Shown: positions 1 through 14,100, counted from the stretch's first letter. The stretch: DNA of 64,000 nucleotides from Amphiscolops sp. MND2022 (GCA_964187785.1 OZ076409.1:28398001-28462000); one strand, 5' to 3'. Numbers and translations: made by a program. Notes: generated by a model not told the origin, from the sequence alone.

Positions 1-768
1 TATACTTTACATGATGTGGATGACACACCATCATCAGATTTCACTTTAATGCAGTTAGCCATGTAAACATTACTTATATAATCATTTAGTCATACGATGA
101 TAGTAGAATAACCACATTGCAGTGCTCTACGAATATACCAATTAGTGAGTCATGTAACCATATTAACGCAAGTACATTATATTTCAGTGCAGTATCGAAC
201 TTAAACTCAAATTGCGCAATTACCAGTTGAAGTGTGAATCTACACCACCAAAATGCTGCAATACTATTGGTCGATGTGGTCACGTGACCAACATCGACAT
301 ACTCAATAGCAGGTACGAAAGTGCCACCAGAAGAATGTGAAAAGATATTACGTAGAGCTGCTAACCACATTAGTATCTAGATATTACCAGTCTCAACATT
401 CTCGATTTATCCTTGCTATTTTCAACAATCAATGAAACTTTCTAACTCTATGTTTTCCTTTTTGGTTAATACTAGATCTCAAACAGCCAGAAATACTTCA
501 TCGAATATGAAGGGGACTGATAGATATAGTGATACCGAGAGCGAAGGTAGTGTTCCTGAAGTATTGACAAGAAATCAAATGAGAGAATTTGACGATGGAA
601 ATTTGCTACACAGTAGAAATGAGACTGAACGTCTGACTGTAAACCAAAGGTTCTCAGAAATGAACAAACAAATAACCGAGTTAACGAATCTAGTTTTGGT
701 ACTAACGGAGAAGCTTTCCTCTAGCAAAAGAGAAGGGAACGACATTGGACATGATACCCGTTCCGACA
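1..768 (+). mobile_element. 3' part of a Gypsy-type LTR (solo or 3' LTR) carrying a gag-leader ORF (VNTRSQTARN...QRFSEMNKQITELTNLV); left end lies outside the window
   Basis: ORF 432-839 has the same basic xxTRSQ start, acidic patch and coiled-coil layout as the other LTR leaders in the window. It ends in ...CCGTTCCGACA (768), matching the -(C)GACA/-TACA/-AACA termini of the other LTRs. No PBS follows. Confidence 0.6.
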
Positions 769-1565
769 AGTACACCGCGCCCTTGTACACCCTTCTGTTG
801 GCGAAGAAACAATTCCTCATGAGAAGCAATAAAAGTTGAAAAATTTCGCAGTAGTTACTTCGGAGTCTGACAAAACCACTTCGATATTTTTTGTCAAACT
901 CTTTTACGTCAACAACTTAATCTAAACATTTTAACGCTAGCCATTTAATGCAGTCTAAAGTGCTACATTTAGATGCTATTACCAGGAGCTACGTCCTGGT
1001 AACACTCTTCCGAATAGACACAACCTTTCTGGCGATCTTTTGGATGAAATTGACGAAGAAACAACTGGTATTGGCAAATCCAAACTTCATAGTAGAGAAG
1101 TTATGATTTCCGCTGATGCATGGACAGATGTGAATCAGACACCCATCTTAGCGTCTTCTACTGTTTGTGATGGTAAAATTTGCCTAGTTGATGCTGCAGA
1201 CACAACTGGCGAAGGACAACAGCTGTTCAATTAGCCCGTTACGCATCTGTTTACACTACAGTTTGGAATTTGATGGTTTTTGCGCAGCCATATTATACTA
1301 CAAGCATGCCGCGGTGCGAAAATTGTCTCAAAATTATTAAAATTTTCCTTCAAAGCTAATGTTTTGAATAAACAATCTCACACTGGAAAATTGAACCCTG
1401 AATTGATTGAATTGTTTGCCTTTCCAACGCATGAAATATAAGCAGAGATAAATTAAAAACACATATTTACAATTGAACCGAATTGTCTTCAAAATTTAGA
1501 GAAAGAGCGTGGTTTTGATGGTTCTCCCATCATTCACGGGAAAACTCTGAGTGATTCGTGGTCAT

Positions 1566-1812
1566 TCAGAAATGTTTAAGTGGCATTGATCTGTTGATAG
1601 ACCGGCAGAATTCTTCAAAGCTGTAAGGTAGAATGGAGTAATCCATGCCATACATGACGTTCCCCAGGAACCAGAGCTGATCATCAGTGATGCTGTCGTA
1701 ATGATGCAGGACTCTTTCATCATTTTTGCTAAAAGTCCTCAGGTATGAGAGTTGGTTCTTATAAAATTCAAAATCATTTTGGTTTGTTGGTTTCATAAAG
1801 TCTCTAACTTGT
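1566..1812 (-). CDS. Carbohydrate sulfotransferase (Sulfotransfer_2/CHST-like), last coding exon
   Basis: Acceptor tttcag|ACAAG. Translates (R)QVRDFMKP...HYDSITDDQLWFLGNVMYGMDYSILPY...KHF*, resembling the CHST C-terminal Y..L.....L..Y..DF.LF.Y pattern. Phase 2 matches the upstream exon. Confidence 0.8.
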
Positions 1813-2925
1813 CTGAAATTTAGATTTCGTTTCAAAATGCATGCCGAATGATTATGGATTGAACTTCACGATTAAATTTTGAGAAACTGACTAGATTCCA
1901 AAACTGAGAATACATTTCGCTCTGACATTTTTTTTGCTCTGAATTTACCATAATTAATTTAGTGTTGCTACTCTTTGTCCAAGTTGCAGCGTAATTTTGC
2001 CCCATTTCCATTGGATACATGTATTTTGACAAAATAAAAATTTTTATGTTCTTCATTAATTCTGCAATCATAATTTGCCGAGCAGTTTAAAACTACATCA
2101 AAAAGTGGTATGTTTGTTATTGCGACTTCTTTTGTGGTTTTCCAGGTCTAAAGCAAAGTCTGCAGGACTCAGTTCAACGGTAATTTGTCTTTGGCGCTGT
2201 CTGTTGAAACCATTTATTACTGATGATTTGCATGACAAGTTTCACAAGAAAAACCAACCTTTAATTAAACAACTTCAGTTGAACAAAGCACACTATAATT
2301 TTCGTAATGGCATTCAAATTCGAAACGACTGATATCCTCTCAACTGTGACAAAACGCTAACTTCTGAAAAACTTTGATACATTACCTGCAGTTCCAGGTG
2401 ATAAAAGACATTTTCAAACCAAATACGAAACGCGAAAAAAATTGAACTCGAAATATGAAATCAATTGATGTGATCGGTACATGTTTGCATTCTTCAGATG
2501 TCTTTTCTCTTTCATATAAAACTTTGGGATGTTTTTGAAAAATAAATTGCGATTTTTTGCAAATTACTAAATTTTTGCAATTGCTAAATTCCATGATGAA
2601 AAATTCATTCCTTGAAAAGTTACAAAATTGAAAGAAGTACATTTAACATGCGTTTTGGCCGTAGATCGGCATAATTAAAATTTGTTTTGAAATTTGAAAA
2701 GGTCTATAGAAAACTTTCTGATTCAAAACATACGAGAACCTGATAACCAGCATAGCTAGCACTTCGAAAACAGCACTTTTCACAACTCCTCAGCAAATCT
2801 TTCTGAAGCAGAGCTAACTGTTTGTGAAAAACCGCAGATAATCTTTTTCCTTTCTTTTTAAAAAAACACAGAACTGCTTTTACTCTGATCACAGTTTAGG
2901 GAAAGGGTATTTTTAGGGCTCATGC

Positions 2926-3113
2926 CTGGGTCTGACTGCGGCCAATGTTTCCGGGTAACCCACTAGTTCTGGATACTGGGAGAAAACTTGGTTGAGATGT
3001 TCACCTAGGTTCTCAAAGAGTACCACATGTTTCCACAGGGCTGCACAGGGGAAGCAAAACTCCCTAACCATAGAACACCAGTGCATCCACGTCCACCCTG
3101 GAGTCTCAAGTTC
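2926..3113 (-). CDS. Carbohydrate sulfotransferase exon (HW...C.PC...FE.L motif)
   Basis: Acceptor ttctgcag|GAA, phase 0. Translates ELETPGWTWMHWCSMVREFCFPCAALWKHVVLFENLGEHLNQVFSQYPELVGYPETLAAVRP. Donor is probably the non-canonical CAG|gcatga. Confidence 0.85.
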
Positions 3114-3425
3114 CTGCAGAAATATTGAATGTTTCCCAGCATTAGAGGGAAAAGTATCAAACAGTCAGACGTGAATGAAAATTTTAAAAAATGTACTTAC
3201 TATTTTCTGTTCGGCAGTTTTATTGGAAATTCATCTTTTCGGCTTTTTCCACACAAAAAGCATATGCTATTTAGTAAACTCGGCAAGCGAACAGTTTAAT
3301 GAAATGAGCGGTGGAATTATTGTTTTATTGGCATGAACAAATATTAATACACAGAAACTTGGTCGCAAAAATTTGTCACATTAAAAAAACATAGGCGCAA
3401 AGGATCTTGGCACAAAGCTCGCGTT

Positions 3426-3623
3426 CAGAGTTGGGACCGGGCTGGGCTTGTAAACGGGCCGGTCTTGTATTTCGATTGGTGAAGAACAAAAAGGGTCCAA
3501 ATTAAATTCATTTTCTGTCTATTAGTAGGAGTTTCGAAAGCATTGATCGGGGCTTGGACGGGGCGGGCCTGAATGTGACTGCGCCGGACCGGGCCTGGAT
3601 ATTTAGGCCCGCTTCCAACTCTG
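3426..3623. mobile_element. 198-bp hAT-type MITE
   Basis: TIRs CAGAGTTGG...CCAACTCTG. Perfect 8-bp TSD CTCGCGTT (3418-3425 and 3624-3631). GGGCC/CGGGC subterminal repeats. Confidence 0.9.
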
Positions 3624-4207
3624 CTCGCGTTTAACATGCACGCAAAACGTATGAGAAGTTTAACTGATGCAAGTTAAGGTGGCGAGATATGCCAACCGGT
3701 AGGAAGTTTGAGACAACAAAGCTTATAGAGCGAATATATTTTCTTTTCAAAAAAGCTTTTCAACAATTTTCGGAAATTAACGGTCGTAACAGAAATTTCT
3801 CTAGGGAAGTAAATTACATGATATTCACAGCACTTTTTGTAACATCAATTCGCAAAACTCTCGAGACGTAAGGATACCATTTCGTAGGAATAATTTTGCT
3901 CTCGGTAATTTTTGAAGAAGTATTTCAAAAATTACCAGCCCTTTTCTTCGTACCAAAAATTTTTTTTCGTACCAAGAGACATAAGTTACATGAAAATTTG
4001 CAGCTCTGCTTGGCGCATTGCTTCTTATATTCCCCGAGACGAAAAAATCCCTTATTGAAGCCTTTTTGTCACTCAGAAAAATTTTAGCAGAAACTTTGCG
4101 AAGTTTTCTGAAATTAGACAGAACAATTGTTTTAAAACATCAGTTTTATGGAAACTCTGAGAGCTTCTTATTTCTTCGATTCATTATTACCTTCAATTGG
4201 CTGAAGG

Positions 4208-4820
4208 TGTCGCAGGCTGCCGCATGCAATGGAAACTTGTATTCTATCTCTTACAACAACTACAACACTCTCCCTCGGACGATCCCGCTTGACTAAGGAA
4301 AATAGACGTGCCGTCCAAAAAGAACTGCAAACTTTGAATCTGGAACATTAGTGCTTTCAATTTGTTTTTTAAAACATGCTTGTAAATCGAATATAGTGTT
4401 TTTTTTCACGCAAATATTTGATACATTTGAAGATAATTGAACACCAAGGCGTACAGGTAAAGGAAACGTGTTCAAACGTTTCTTCGCCTGTCGCTGCGGG
4501 TAGGGCGTCCACTATGCATTTTATCCAATCAGCGGCGTTCACTTGATTAATGCTATACTTGATTGAATAAAAGGCCAAGTACGGCCATTCTACTTTGCTA
4601 GCGTACCACAGAGGGCGGCGGGACACTAAGTCTCAATTTGGACTAAAGGCGCTGTTTAGTAAATACCGCATTATAATTGAGCAGTAAGTTTTGATTATTT
4701 GATGATTTATTCAATATGTGATTTGTCCTGAGAATGTACAAATACCCAATAGTCATGTAAAATTTTATATGAAAAAGACAATCACATAAATCATGTAAAA
4801 ATCATTAAATTATACCCGCT
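4208..4820 (+). repeat. 5' LTR remnant of copy 1 (U3 part only; a deletion joins it to mid-gag)
   Basis: Starts like the 3' LTR at 16324. Gag homology resumes abruptly at about 4821 without PBS or gag leader. Confidence 0.7.
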
Positions 4821-5578
4821 TATGCAGACATTCAGGAACATAAACTCAAACAACCGTCAAACCTAAGAGGACGTGTTGGTCATATTCCGGCGAAAATATG
4901 TTAGGCCGGAATCACAAGCTACGGCAAAGCATAAATGGCATAGGCTCTTTTTCGATCCTATTACCATGGAAATGCCCGATTTCTTAGAAGAACTGAAGCA
5001 AGGCACCGAGAAAGCCTTTGGTGAAAACGCAAAAAGCATTATTGACAGCTTGTTGTATGCTAAACTGCCTCCAAAGTTGAAACAATCTGTCAACATGGCC
5101 TGTCTGCAGAATGGGACATATGAAGAGATCGTAGCTCATCTTGAAAGAGAGCAAGAACTCAACGCATTGAGGAATCAGATAACCTACCAATTTCCACAAT
5201 GGCCTCAGCGTCCTCAAGTAGCCGCATCTTGTTGTCCAATGGCCTTGAAACCAAAAAGGATGCCCAGTGCTCTTACTGTAAAGCAACAGGCTATTTCCGG
5301 AAAAACTGTCCAACGTTGAAGAAGAAAGAAATGGAGGAGAAACGTGGCAAAAGACCGCAGCGTCAAACATACCCACCATGTGAAACGTGTGAGAAAAAGA
5401 ACCACCCAGATGAAAGATGTTGGCAAGGCGCTGGTGCTCATCTTTTCCCGAAATGACCCAACTTGACGATAAAGCAAATGATGCCTCAAGTGATAAGGGA
5501 AAATCCAAGAAAGCAAATAATGCTGAAATGTCATCGTCAGGCTAATCAAACTCAAAAAAGCCTGATTCAAAAAGCTAA
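4821..5578 (+). pseudogene. gag: gag remnant, copy 1
   Basis: FRRKYVRPESQATAKHKWHRLFFDP...YAKLPPKLK, homologous to copy 2. Two zinc-knuckle-like motifs, CSYCKATGYFRKNC and CETCEKKNHPDERC. Frameshifted. Confidence 0.85.
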
Positions 5579-8500
5579 TTTTGCCACGACTCCAAACACA
5601 TAACTACATGTTGGTCCGACAGTATGTCATATCAGATACTCCGACAATCAAACTTCGCTAATTTCTCAAAGACACAAATGGCACCCCCTCAGTTGTCTGG
5701 CAGCAACAGAAGGAAAAAGCCTATATGAAGACTTATAAAATAGTACATAACGATTGCCCAGGCTCATACTATGAAATGGACTATACTAAAGACTGTGAAA
5801 CTCAATTTAGCCCTTTACAATTGGTCGAAGATTATAACTCTCAAAACATTGACCCCGAGAACGGAAAAAATTTGTATTGGGGTGACAAACTATATGATCA
5901 GGAAAATGTACAATTTAGTCATGACGACTATCCTTCAACAGACGACGAGGACGATCCAGCGATAAAGACAAAAAACTATCCGGGGCCCTCCTTGAACTTT
6001 GGCAGCCAAATTCAGAAGCGAATACCCCGGAGGAAATAGAAAAGTTTCATAGACAAGAAGTGCGCCAGGCTACAAACAGCCTCGTAGACGAGGCGGCCTT
6101 TTTGCACGTCCTCGTCACTAAGGAGGGAGAACCAGCAAACATTCCCTTTTCAACAAACCTTGGTCCTCAATTTAAACGACAGATGCTATACTTCCCGATG
6201 GACTTTAGGGAATTAACCTTAGACGGCTTAATAGACACTGGCCGCACATTTGCACGTAAATGCGTGGATGAAACACACGTGTTCACGTGTGCAACTTGCA
6301 TTGAATGCAGTTTATACGTACTATGCACGGTAGAGCTCAGTAATGATAACTAATTATTTATTGAATCATTGTTTACTTTGACTGGTTTATGATGCTGTGG
6401 TATGAATTAGAATTAAAATGAACACTGAGTTTTGAATGCATATAAACATGGTGTAAGTTAGTCAAAACTTTGACCACATTCCACTTTTCGGAAGTATAGG
6501 AGTCCCTCAATTTGCAAAAAGTGGAAGTTAGTCAACGTTTTGACTGACTTACGAAAAAGAGTATTTTTGGACTAACTTCCGCTTTTTTCTAATTACGTGT
6601 TTTGACTAACTTACACAATTTTCCATTACGCGCGTTGATTTTGCTAAACCGTTGAAGCATAGACCGTCTTGACTAACTTACGCTGAATGACCATTTTACC
6701 ATTTTACTCAGATTACGCTGCTTGACTAAAGGCAGCTTACCGGTACGTGTATCGTAATGGCGCCCACTCCAGTGCAATACCCGAAGCAGACCTCAGGAAA
6801 AAACGCCTACTAGCGCCTCAATTCATAATCAAAGAGGGACCTGCCCCATTATTTCAAATAACGGTCGCAAATGGAGATTTAGAATCACCAAAGAGTACCG
6901 TCGAATTAATGTTTCAAATGAGAGACATTGAGTTTCATGAACGTTCTATAGTAATGGAGAAAATTTCCAGCCCCATAATTGAATAATGTTCCTTCAATTG
7001 AACCACACAGTCTTAGACCTGCGCCAAGGTCTCCTCAACTTTCCTTATTTCTCAATGCAACTGACCACGACCACAAGTACTCAAATGTAATGGAACCCCT
7101 ACTCAGTCCTGAGGACGTGACGATTCCACCAAATGACCACGCGGTCATTACCATACAATCCCAAATTTATGCAGAGAACGCAGTCACAGGAATATTACAA
7201 CCTAGTGACGTTTTGCACGAAGAAGGCGACGTAACATTTTGCGCCGCATTTGTCACACTAAACGAAGGGACTATGGGCATACGCGTCAACTATTTCATTG
7301 ACCAACCTTACAAACTTGAAAAAGGATTGCATTTCGCAACTTTCTAAGTGATGACTCCTGAGCAAATGGAACACGTCAGACCATCAGACCCAGTGTCTAC
7401 CTGGCACTTACTAATCGAAAACCTAGAGGACGCTGTCTACTATATCAGCAGTCTTTTCAAAGCGAATCGGAACATTGACCAATACGAGCATTATTGGATC
7501 CTGACACATATACAAAAACAGCTACTTAGAGAAATGCGCAACTTGGAAGAAGCGGAAAAACTGAATCCGAAGGACGACGAAAAATCACGTCGCAAGCTTC
7601 TTAGCAATTTTGACTGGAAGGACTCAGTGCTATAACAGCATGGAATCATAGGAATTGAATCGCTATTAGTAGAAATCCATGACACCTTTGCACGTCATTG
7701 ATTCGACATTGGAATAAGAATTCACTGTCAAACTGACCGCTAGGTATGATTCACCAGCATACAGTCAAAGCTTGCATTACCCGATTAACTTAGTGGAGGA
7801 CATATTGGTTGAACTGGCGTCACTACATAAATATGGCATCAATTCAACTCTGCCATTTTTTGAATACGCGAGCCCTATATTTGCGCAGAAAAAACCCAAT
7901 GGGAAACTCAGACTACTAGTAGATCTGAAAAAGATCAATAATCTTATCTCAAGACGATTATATCAATAGTAATCATCCAGTCAGTACCCTGACTGACGCC
8001 GCGCAACATATACCCGGAAAGACACTTTTCTGTGAACTCGACTGTTCACAGGCCTACCATTGACTTCAAATGGCGGACCAAAGGTCTAAAACAATGCTAG
8101 CATTTAAACTTGCAAGCAGGACTTTTGCCTATAGAAGATTGACTCAGGGACTCAGCAGAGCCCTATCGGCCTTCTCCAGTTTCCTGAGGAAATACCTCAA
8201 ACGAGTTATAAAAGCATATCAATGCGCCCAATATGTCGATGACATTGACATTGCAGCTAACGACGTCGACCAACTTTTTAGAAACTTGAGGGCGACCTTT
8301 CAATGCATCAGAGAAACAGGATTAAAACTAACGATGCACAAGTGCAATTTCGTAGCAACTGAAATTGATTTCTTGGGGGAAGGACTATCACCCCAGAGAG
8401 TGCCAAGCCCCCCCCCCCAAAAAAAAATTACGAACTTCTTGGAAAAACAATCTTCCCGAAATCCAAGAAGGCCTAGCAACGTTATCTTGGTCTCCTAAAC

Positions 8501-11060
8501 TACTACAGAAAGTGTATTCCGAGATTATCAGAAACACTGGTGCCATTCTTCCAACTCCTTAAAAAGGATGATAAAGTCCTAGTGACCACGGAGCTGGTAC
8601 AACAATTCAAGGAAATCAACTAAGACCTTGACAGGTGTAGCCAGCTAGCCTTAAAGCAACCATTGCCAAACAAAGAAGTGGTCTTGATGTCAGACGCGAG
8701 TTTTACGGCAGCCGGTTATGCCATTCTGATTGAAAAGGACCCGAATCAAAAGTTCTTTCTGCCAAAAATTCCTATGCGCACATAGCCTACATATGAAAAA
8801 TCTTCACTACTTCGCGGCTGAAAAAGTCGATATATGCAAAGAACTTTTAGCCAAATACTACTCCTTCTAGGAGTTTGGACATTATTTCTGGGAGACACCT
8901 AAACAGAGAATTATCCTTACAGACAATAACTCGGTCACGTGGTTCTTCGAGACGAAAATAATACCATCGCCATTCTGGAAAGCGTGTGATTACGTGATAC
9001 AATTCAGTTTTATCTTAGCGCACATTCCAGGGAAGAATAACACAGCGGCGGACTATATGACCCGTATGGAAATGAATCCCAACGAGAAATTGATCCTAAA
9101 AATAGGGGATGTTGAAACCAGACCCATCAAGGTATATGTCCAATCGGCCGGCGTGTCCTTGAAAGCAACTATTCTTAACTGAAGAGGGCAATGAAACAGA
9201 AGAACAAAATTGGAAGCGCAAGAAATTGTCCAAAGAGGGACATAAAGTCGATGAGACCGTAATACAAATTGATGCAATATCTGAAAACAATGTGGATGAA
9301 ATCAATAATTTCACCCAGAAACTGTGACGAACAAATCAGATACTGTTGGAGCAAGCTAGAAATCCAATTTTGCTCCAATTTAAAGCAAAAATCCAGAAAG
9401 AAGAGTATTCCGAAGAAATTCTCCAACATGAAATTCGGTACAATCAATATTTGAATAATCTTGACTGCACAGTCCTCAAGGACAAAATAATAACACGGCA
9501 ATACTATGATGAAACTGGTCAAATCAAATATCATCAAATACTACTGCCCAAGCACTTGCTGAAAGAATTGCTACACGCCCTTCATGGCACGGCACACAAA
9601 CACCCTGCCATATCTGGGAAGTTTCAGGAAATTCGCCAAAAATACTACTACCCAGGGATAGAAAAGCATGTCAAAAGAAGGGTAGTAAGCTGCAAATTTT
9701 GTGCTAAAGACAAACATGTCCCAAAGAACGCAAAAACGCCTGAATTGCTTAATTTGCTTGAAAGGGACAATGGTCCAGAAAATGCCATGCAAATAGATCT
9801 GCTACCAAATATACCTATCAGTGGCGGATACCAGTCAGTGATGATGGCAATTGATGTTTTTTCAAAATACTTGTTCGCTGACACGCTAATTGAGGCACAA
9901 GCCGCAAATGTAACCAAAGTGTTAAATGATATCATGACAAGGCATTCATACTTGCCAAAAACTCTCCTCACGGACTAAGGGTCTGCCTTTACTTCAACGA
10001 TTGTAGCAGAAATAACTCAAATTTTGGGCAAAACACTTAAATGCGCTACTACTAAACCACCGCAGACAATTGGCAAGTTGGAGAGGACGCATGCCTCTCT
10101 CGAAACGAATTTGAAATTTGCCGCAGGGGAATTTCGACGCCAATGGCACAAATACCTGCCATTAGCTGTGCTCAATTATAATACCACACATCACTCTGGC
10201 ATTGGATATGAGCCAAGCAAGGTATTTCATGGACGCATCCCCCACAACGTCCTGGACCATAAGTTAGGGAACAATCTATTAAAAACCCTGAGCCAACGAC
10301 TGAATTTGCGAAAGAAGTACAACAAAGGACGCAAATCCTTATTGAACAAACAAAGAAAAAGATTGTGCAGTCGTACCTAAAATACAAGGACTATTATGAC
10401 CGGAAAGCCAAAGTTGCTCCGCTTCAAAAAAAAGGATTTTCGTTTCATTCTACAATCTAAAACCGACAGCCAAGCACCAAAAATTCCATTTAGAGACTGT
10501 TGATTGGCCCTTTTGTCATCCACAGAGTCCTGTCAAAACGACAATTATATTGTGCGTCGGCTAAGTACTAAAAAAACGCAAATATTACACCGAATGAGAC
10601 TCAAAAAATTGGGCCTAACACGCCCTTACAGGCCAAATATTCCAGTAAAAATAACAATCTGACGATGAGATAGTAATACCGCAAGACGACTTGTAGACTA
10701 TTTCATGGTAAGTGGATTTTGATTACGAAAAAATTGACACAAGAAAAGACAATTGGCCGGATACGGCCTTATGCCTACCAAACGACGCCGCGAGCGGCGA
10801 AGTTGACGATTACGTCACCGAAGATGAACGCAGCAGCGAGAGGAATGAAAGTGATGTCACTGAAAATGAAATACGCACGAGACCGGCCAGCAGCCGAGAT
10901 GTGACGTCTCCGTTGATCGAACTGCCTGATACGGCTCAAGATGAAAATGACGTCACCAACGAATTAAAAGATGAGGAACTACCTTCAAAAGGAGGCGCAC
11001 ATATGTACATATCTTCGACCTAATTCTACCCCCAACTTGACTGATGAGAACATATACTAG
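5579..11060 (+). pseudogene. pol: pol remnant, copy 1 (protease, dUTPase-like segment, RT, RNase H, integrase)
   Basis: LIDTG|AHSS (split by an insertion); YASPIFAQKKPNGKLRLLVDL; CAQYVDD; LMSDAS; HGTAHKHP...CKFC; QIDL, LLTD, LERTH. Many stops and frameshifts. Confidence 0.92.
6243..6757. mobile_element. ~515-bp non-autonomous insertion in the protease active-site codons
   Basis: Splits GAC ACT GGC|GCC (DTG|A). TGGC is duplicated at 6239-6242 and 6758-6761. Internal GACTAACTTAC/GTAAGTTAGTC repeats occur in both orientations. TIRs unclear. Confidence 0.65.
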
Positions 11061-11140
11061 TCAGATATGTAATTTAAGGCCACATTAGTCCTTTTGACTG
11101 ACTGACTGACGTATCTTTTTATTGGGACTATTCTGACTAT

Positions 11141-14100
11141 TTATAAATAAAGAATTACTTCAACAAAGGACAAATTGTATAATATTTGACAGAGAAAAGC
11201 CAATGATGAAAGATGAAGGTACAAGTTTAAAGAACAATTGTACAAAATGTACATTTGGGACTTAGAAGTAGTCTGCTCGGACTCTTCCGGGACTTTATCC
11301 TTCTTTGCAGACTCTGTTGACCCAAAAGCAGTTTTCCGTTTCCCTTTCCCGGGGGACCACTTGTGTCGACTGCTGGTAGAGGGTGAACTTGAACCGGAGG
11401 CGAAACGACTCGAGGATGCTGCTTTAGGCTTCTGTGTCATGGATTTATGCTTTATGCAAAGGGTTCTGTAGAAATTGGCCTTGCCAAATACATCAACATG
11501 GGTCCAGGGATCACCTGCTACGTTACCAGAATTGAACTGTTCTTCTAGCTCACGAAATCTAGACAATGAACTCTCGTTAGTACAAACTGGAATGGAGTTT
11601 GGAACTCTAACCAAATAGAACTGTGCTGATAATATGACGTCTCCCTGCCTATGTGAATCAACATCTTGGAACTGAATGGAGGAAGCAAAGGGTTATCTTC
11701 AGTAAGGCACATGCAGCTTATTCGGAAAAGTCGGTAGAGATGGAGACGATTTCTGAGTTCAGGCATTGCCGACAATAGATCCACAATGTCGGTAAATCCT
11801 GCTGGGGAGTTTTTCAGGGAGGGATACATCTGGCGAGAGTGACCCACGAATTCCAGATACTAATCACGGCAGTCGTTTTTAGAAGATCCACCCAACCAAC
11901 CTCGGAGGCTGAAAATCTGGTATATTGTCGCGAAGCAAAATGTAGCTTGTTCTAAAGGTAGGATCAAGAGAATGTGGAGATCGAAACTGGCTATCACCCT
12001 GACGATGTCGGCATTTAAACTAATGTGGCCGAGCAAAAATACCATATAGCCCCGTGCCTTTGCAACGAACTTTTGTTTTGTGTCCTCAACCAATTCTGAA
12101 AAACTGGGAAATGAGCTTTCCCTGTCACTGTTGTCTCTCTTCACTTTGGCTGCCTCATCAATGTCCAATTTCAACCTCAATATGGTGAGCAAATCCCTCG
12201 AAGATAATTGACTAAGCAATCCATCGAACAGTCTAGATTTCCCACTAGGCTCTTCTCAAAACAAACGTTGTCTAAATAATGAAATGTTAACAATTAGAGA
12301 ATTCAACCTCTAGGTCCTTTGACGAAGTGGAACTCCTAGGAGAACCCTACTCAACCATGGAAATTGAAAGGAGATTTACTTACAATCAATAGTACACGAT
12401 CCTTCCAAAGAATTCCAATTTGATTGGGAAGAAGTCATCACTGATGATCTGCTACTCCTGGTTCTGAGGCTGAAAGGAAATAAGATTTGTCAATGGTTTT
12501 CAGGTCATGAGCATATAACGAACCATCTGGTAACAATACTGGTCAATGAAAATTCAATAACTTTGTTTTTAACCCCTTGCATCTCGTACCCATGTGCAAT
12601 CTTGGTGATGTGATCCCAGAAGGGCTTCCAATTAGTAATTATCTTGGAACAGATAATCGGTATGGTTCGAATCCGCAAGTCACAACTTGATATGACCTGG
12701 AAGCAACAATGACGTGGAACTGGTGTATAAGACACAACTAACTTCTAATCGTTGACACCAATACTAACTTTGGCTAGTTCAGGGGTATTACCGATTCAAG
12801 GCTCATCAAGAATATTGGCTAGATAGGCCACCAGGTACTTGAGTTGGATGTAGAAGTCTATCCGCCCAAACACGATTCCCTCACGTTTTAGCATACGCTT
12901 GTGTAGTGACAAGACTTTTTAGCCGAAAGGGTATGCAGTTTCCTTCTTCACCGAGCAGACTGCTCAACCGTCCGGAGGACTTCGTAATTGCACCCTGACA
13001 TACAGACAACCTGAGGTGCTGTCGAGAGGAAAGACAAGATTCTGGCTATCACAAGCAGCTGGTTTCGGACACGAATGGAGGCCAAGCTACAACGACAAAG
13101 TTGGAATTAGACAAGATCGTCTGATTTCCAGTAGCTCAAAGATGCGATGCCATGGCTCCCTTGTGGCTCAATTTCAAGAGAAATCAACACTGTCTCTTTC
13201 AGTGATTGGGCTACGTCTTCCATACCACGTAAGGAGACATGATGGAAGATAGCCTGAAACAGTTTAGATCCCTTAAAATCATGCAAAATCGAATGGTACA
13301 CAAAGGCTCACAGTCACCCTCACTTTAGCCTGGACTAGGAGCAATGGCCCGACAGGCCTCGGTCCAACTCTAGCTTCCCTTCTTTCGATGTCTATTTCTG
13401 TGGAAGGGGCATTGGTGTCCGAAACGTCACCTTGGTTAAAAGAAGATGCTCCGATTTCTTCATCGGACGCTAAGGCTCCGCTGGTGTACCCGTCAATGGT
13501 GTATCCTTCGCTCTCGGTTTCCCATTCAGAGTTTGTGGGGACGCCTCTAGTTGGATTTTCTCCCCTTATGAGAGTCTTTCTAAAATGGCCAGGTGTTTGA
13601 CCTCTTCCCCCATACACTGCCTGAAGAACAAGCGAACGCGTGCAAAGACAACTTGACAGTTTCGTCCGAAATGGTTTTGAGGACGGCGTGGATATGCGGT
13701 TCGCTGTATTCAATCGTGGAAGGTCCTCTGGGAAGCACGGTTGGGTAGACTTGAAAAAATGTTTCCGGAGAACGGTTCGGCCATTGGCAGAAAGTTGCTC
13801 TGGAAATTTGGTTTCTTTGGTTTGGGGGATGACATGGAAGCCCTTAACCCCTTTGTTGACAGCCTCACGCTCTTCTTCTGGAGCTGAAAAGAGGTCAGAA
13901 TCAGAATTCGCTATGCTGGAGGTTGGCCTGTTTGGCAAGCCATCGGCACAGGGGCTGCTATACAGGTCTTCTACCTCACTTGCATCGGTCTCAAAATAGT
14001 TCTTCTCTCGTTCGTGTGACCAATCAACAGGGCCCATATCAAACTGACTGGAGGTCCCCTATAACTCAGAACCGATTTATTGGGTATCAGTCCGACCAAA

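Noticed and set aside
950..1330. Small gene (ORF 1040-1234)
   Set aside because: No recognisable motif, splice pattern or homologue in the window.
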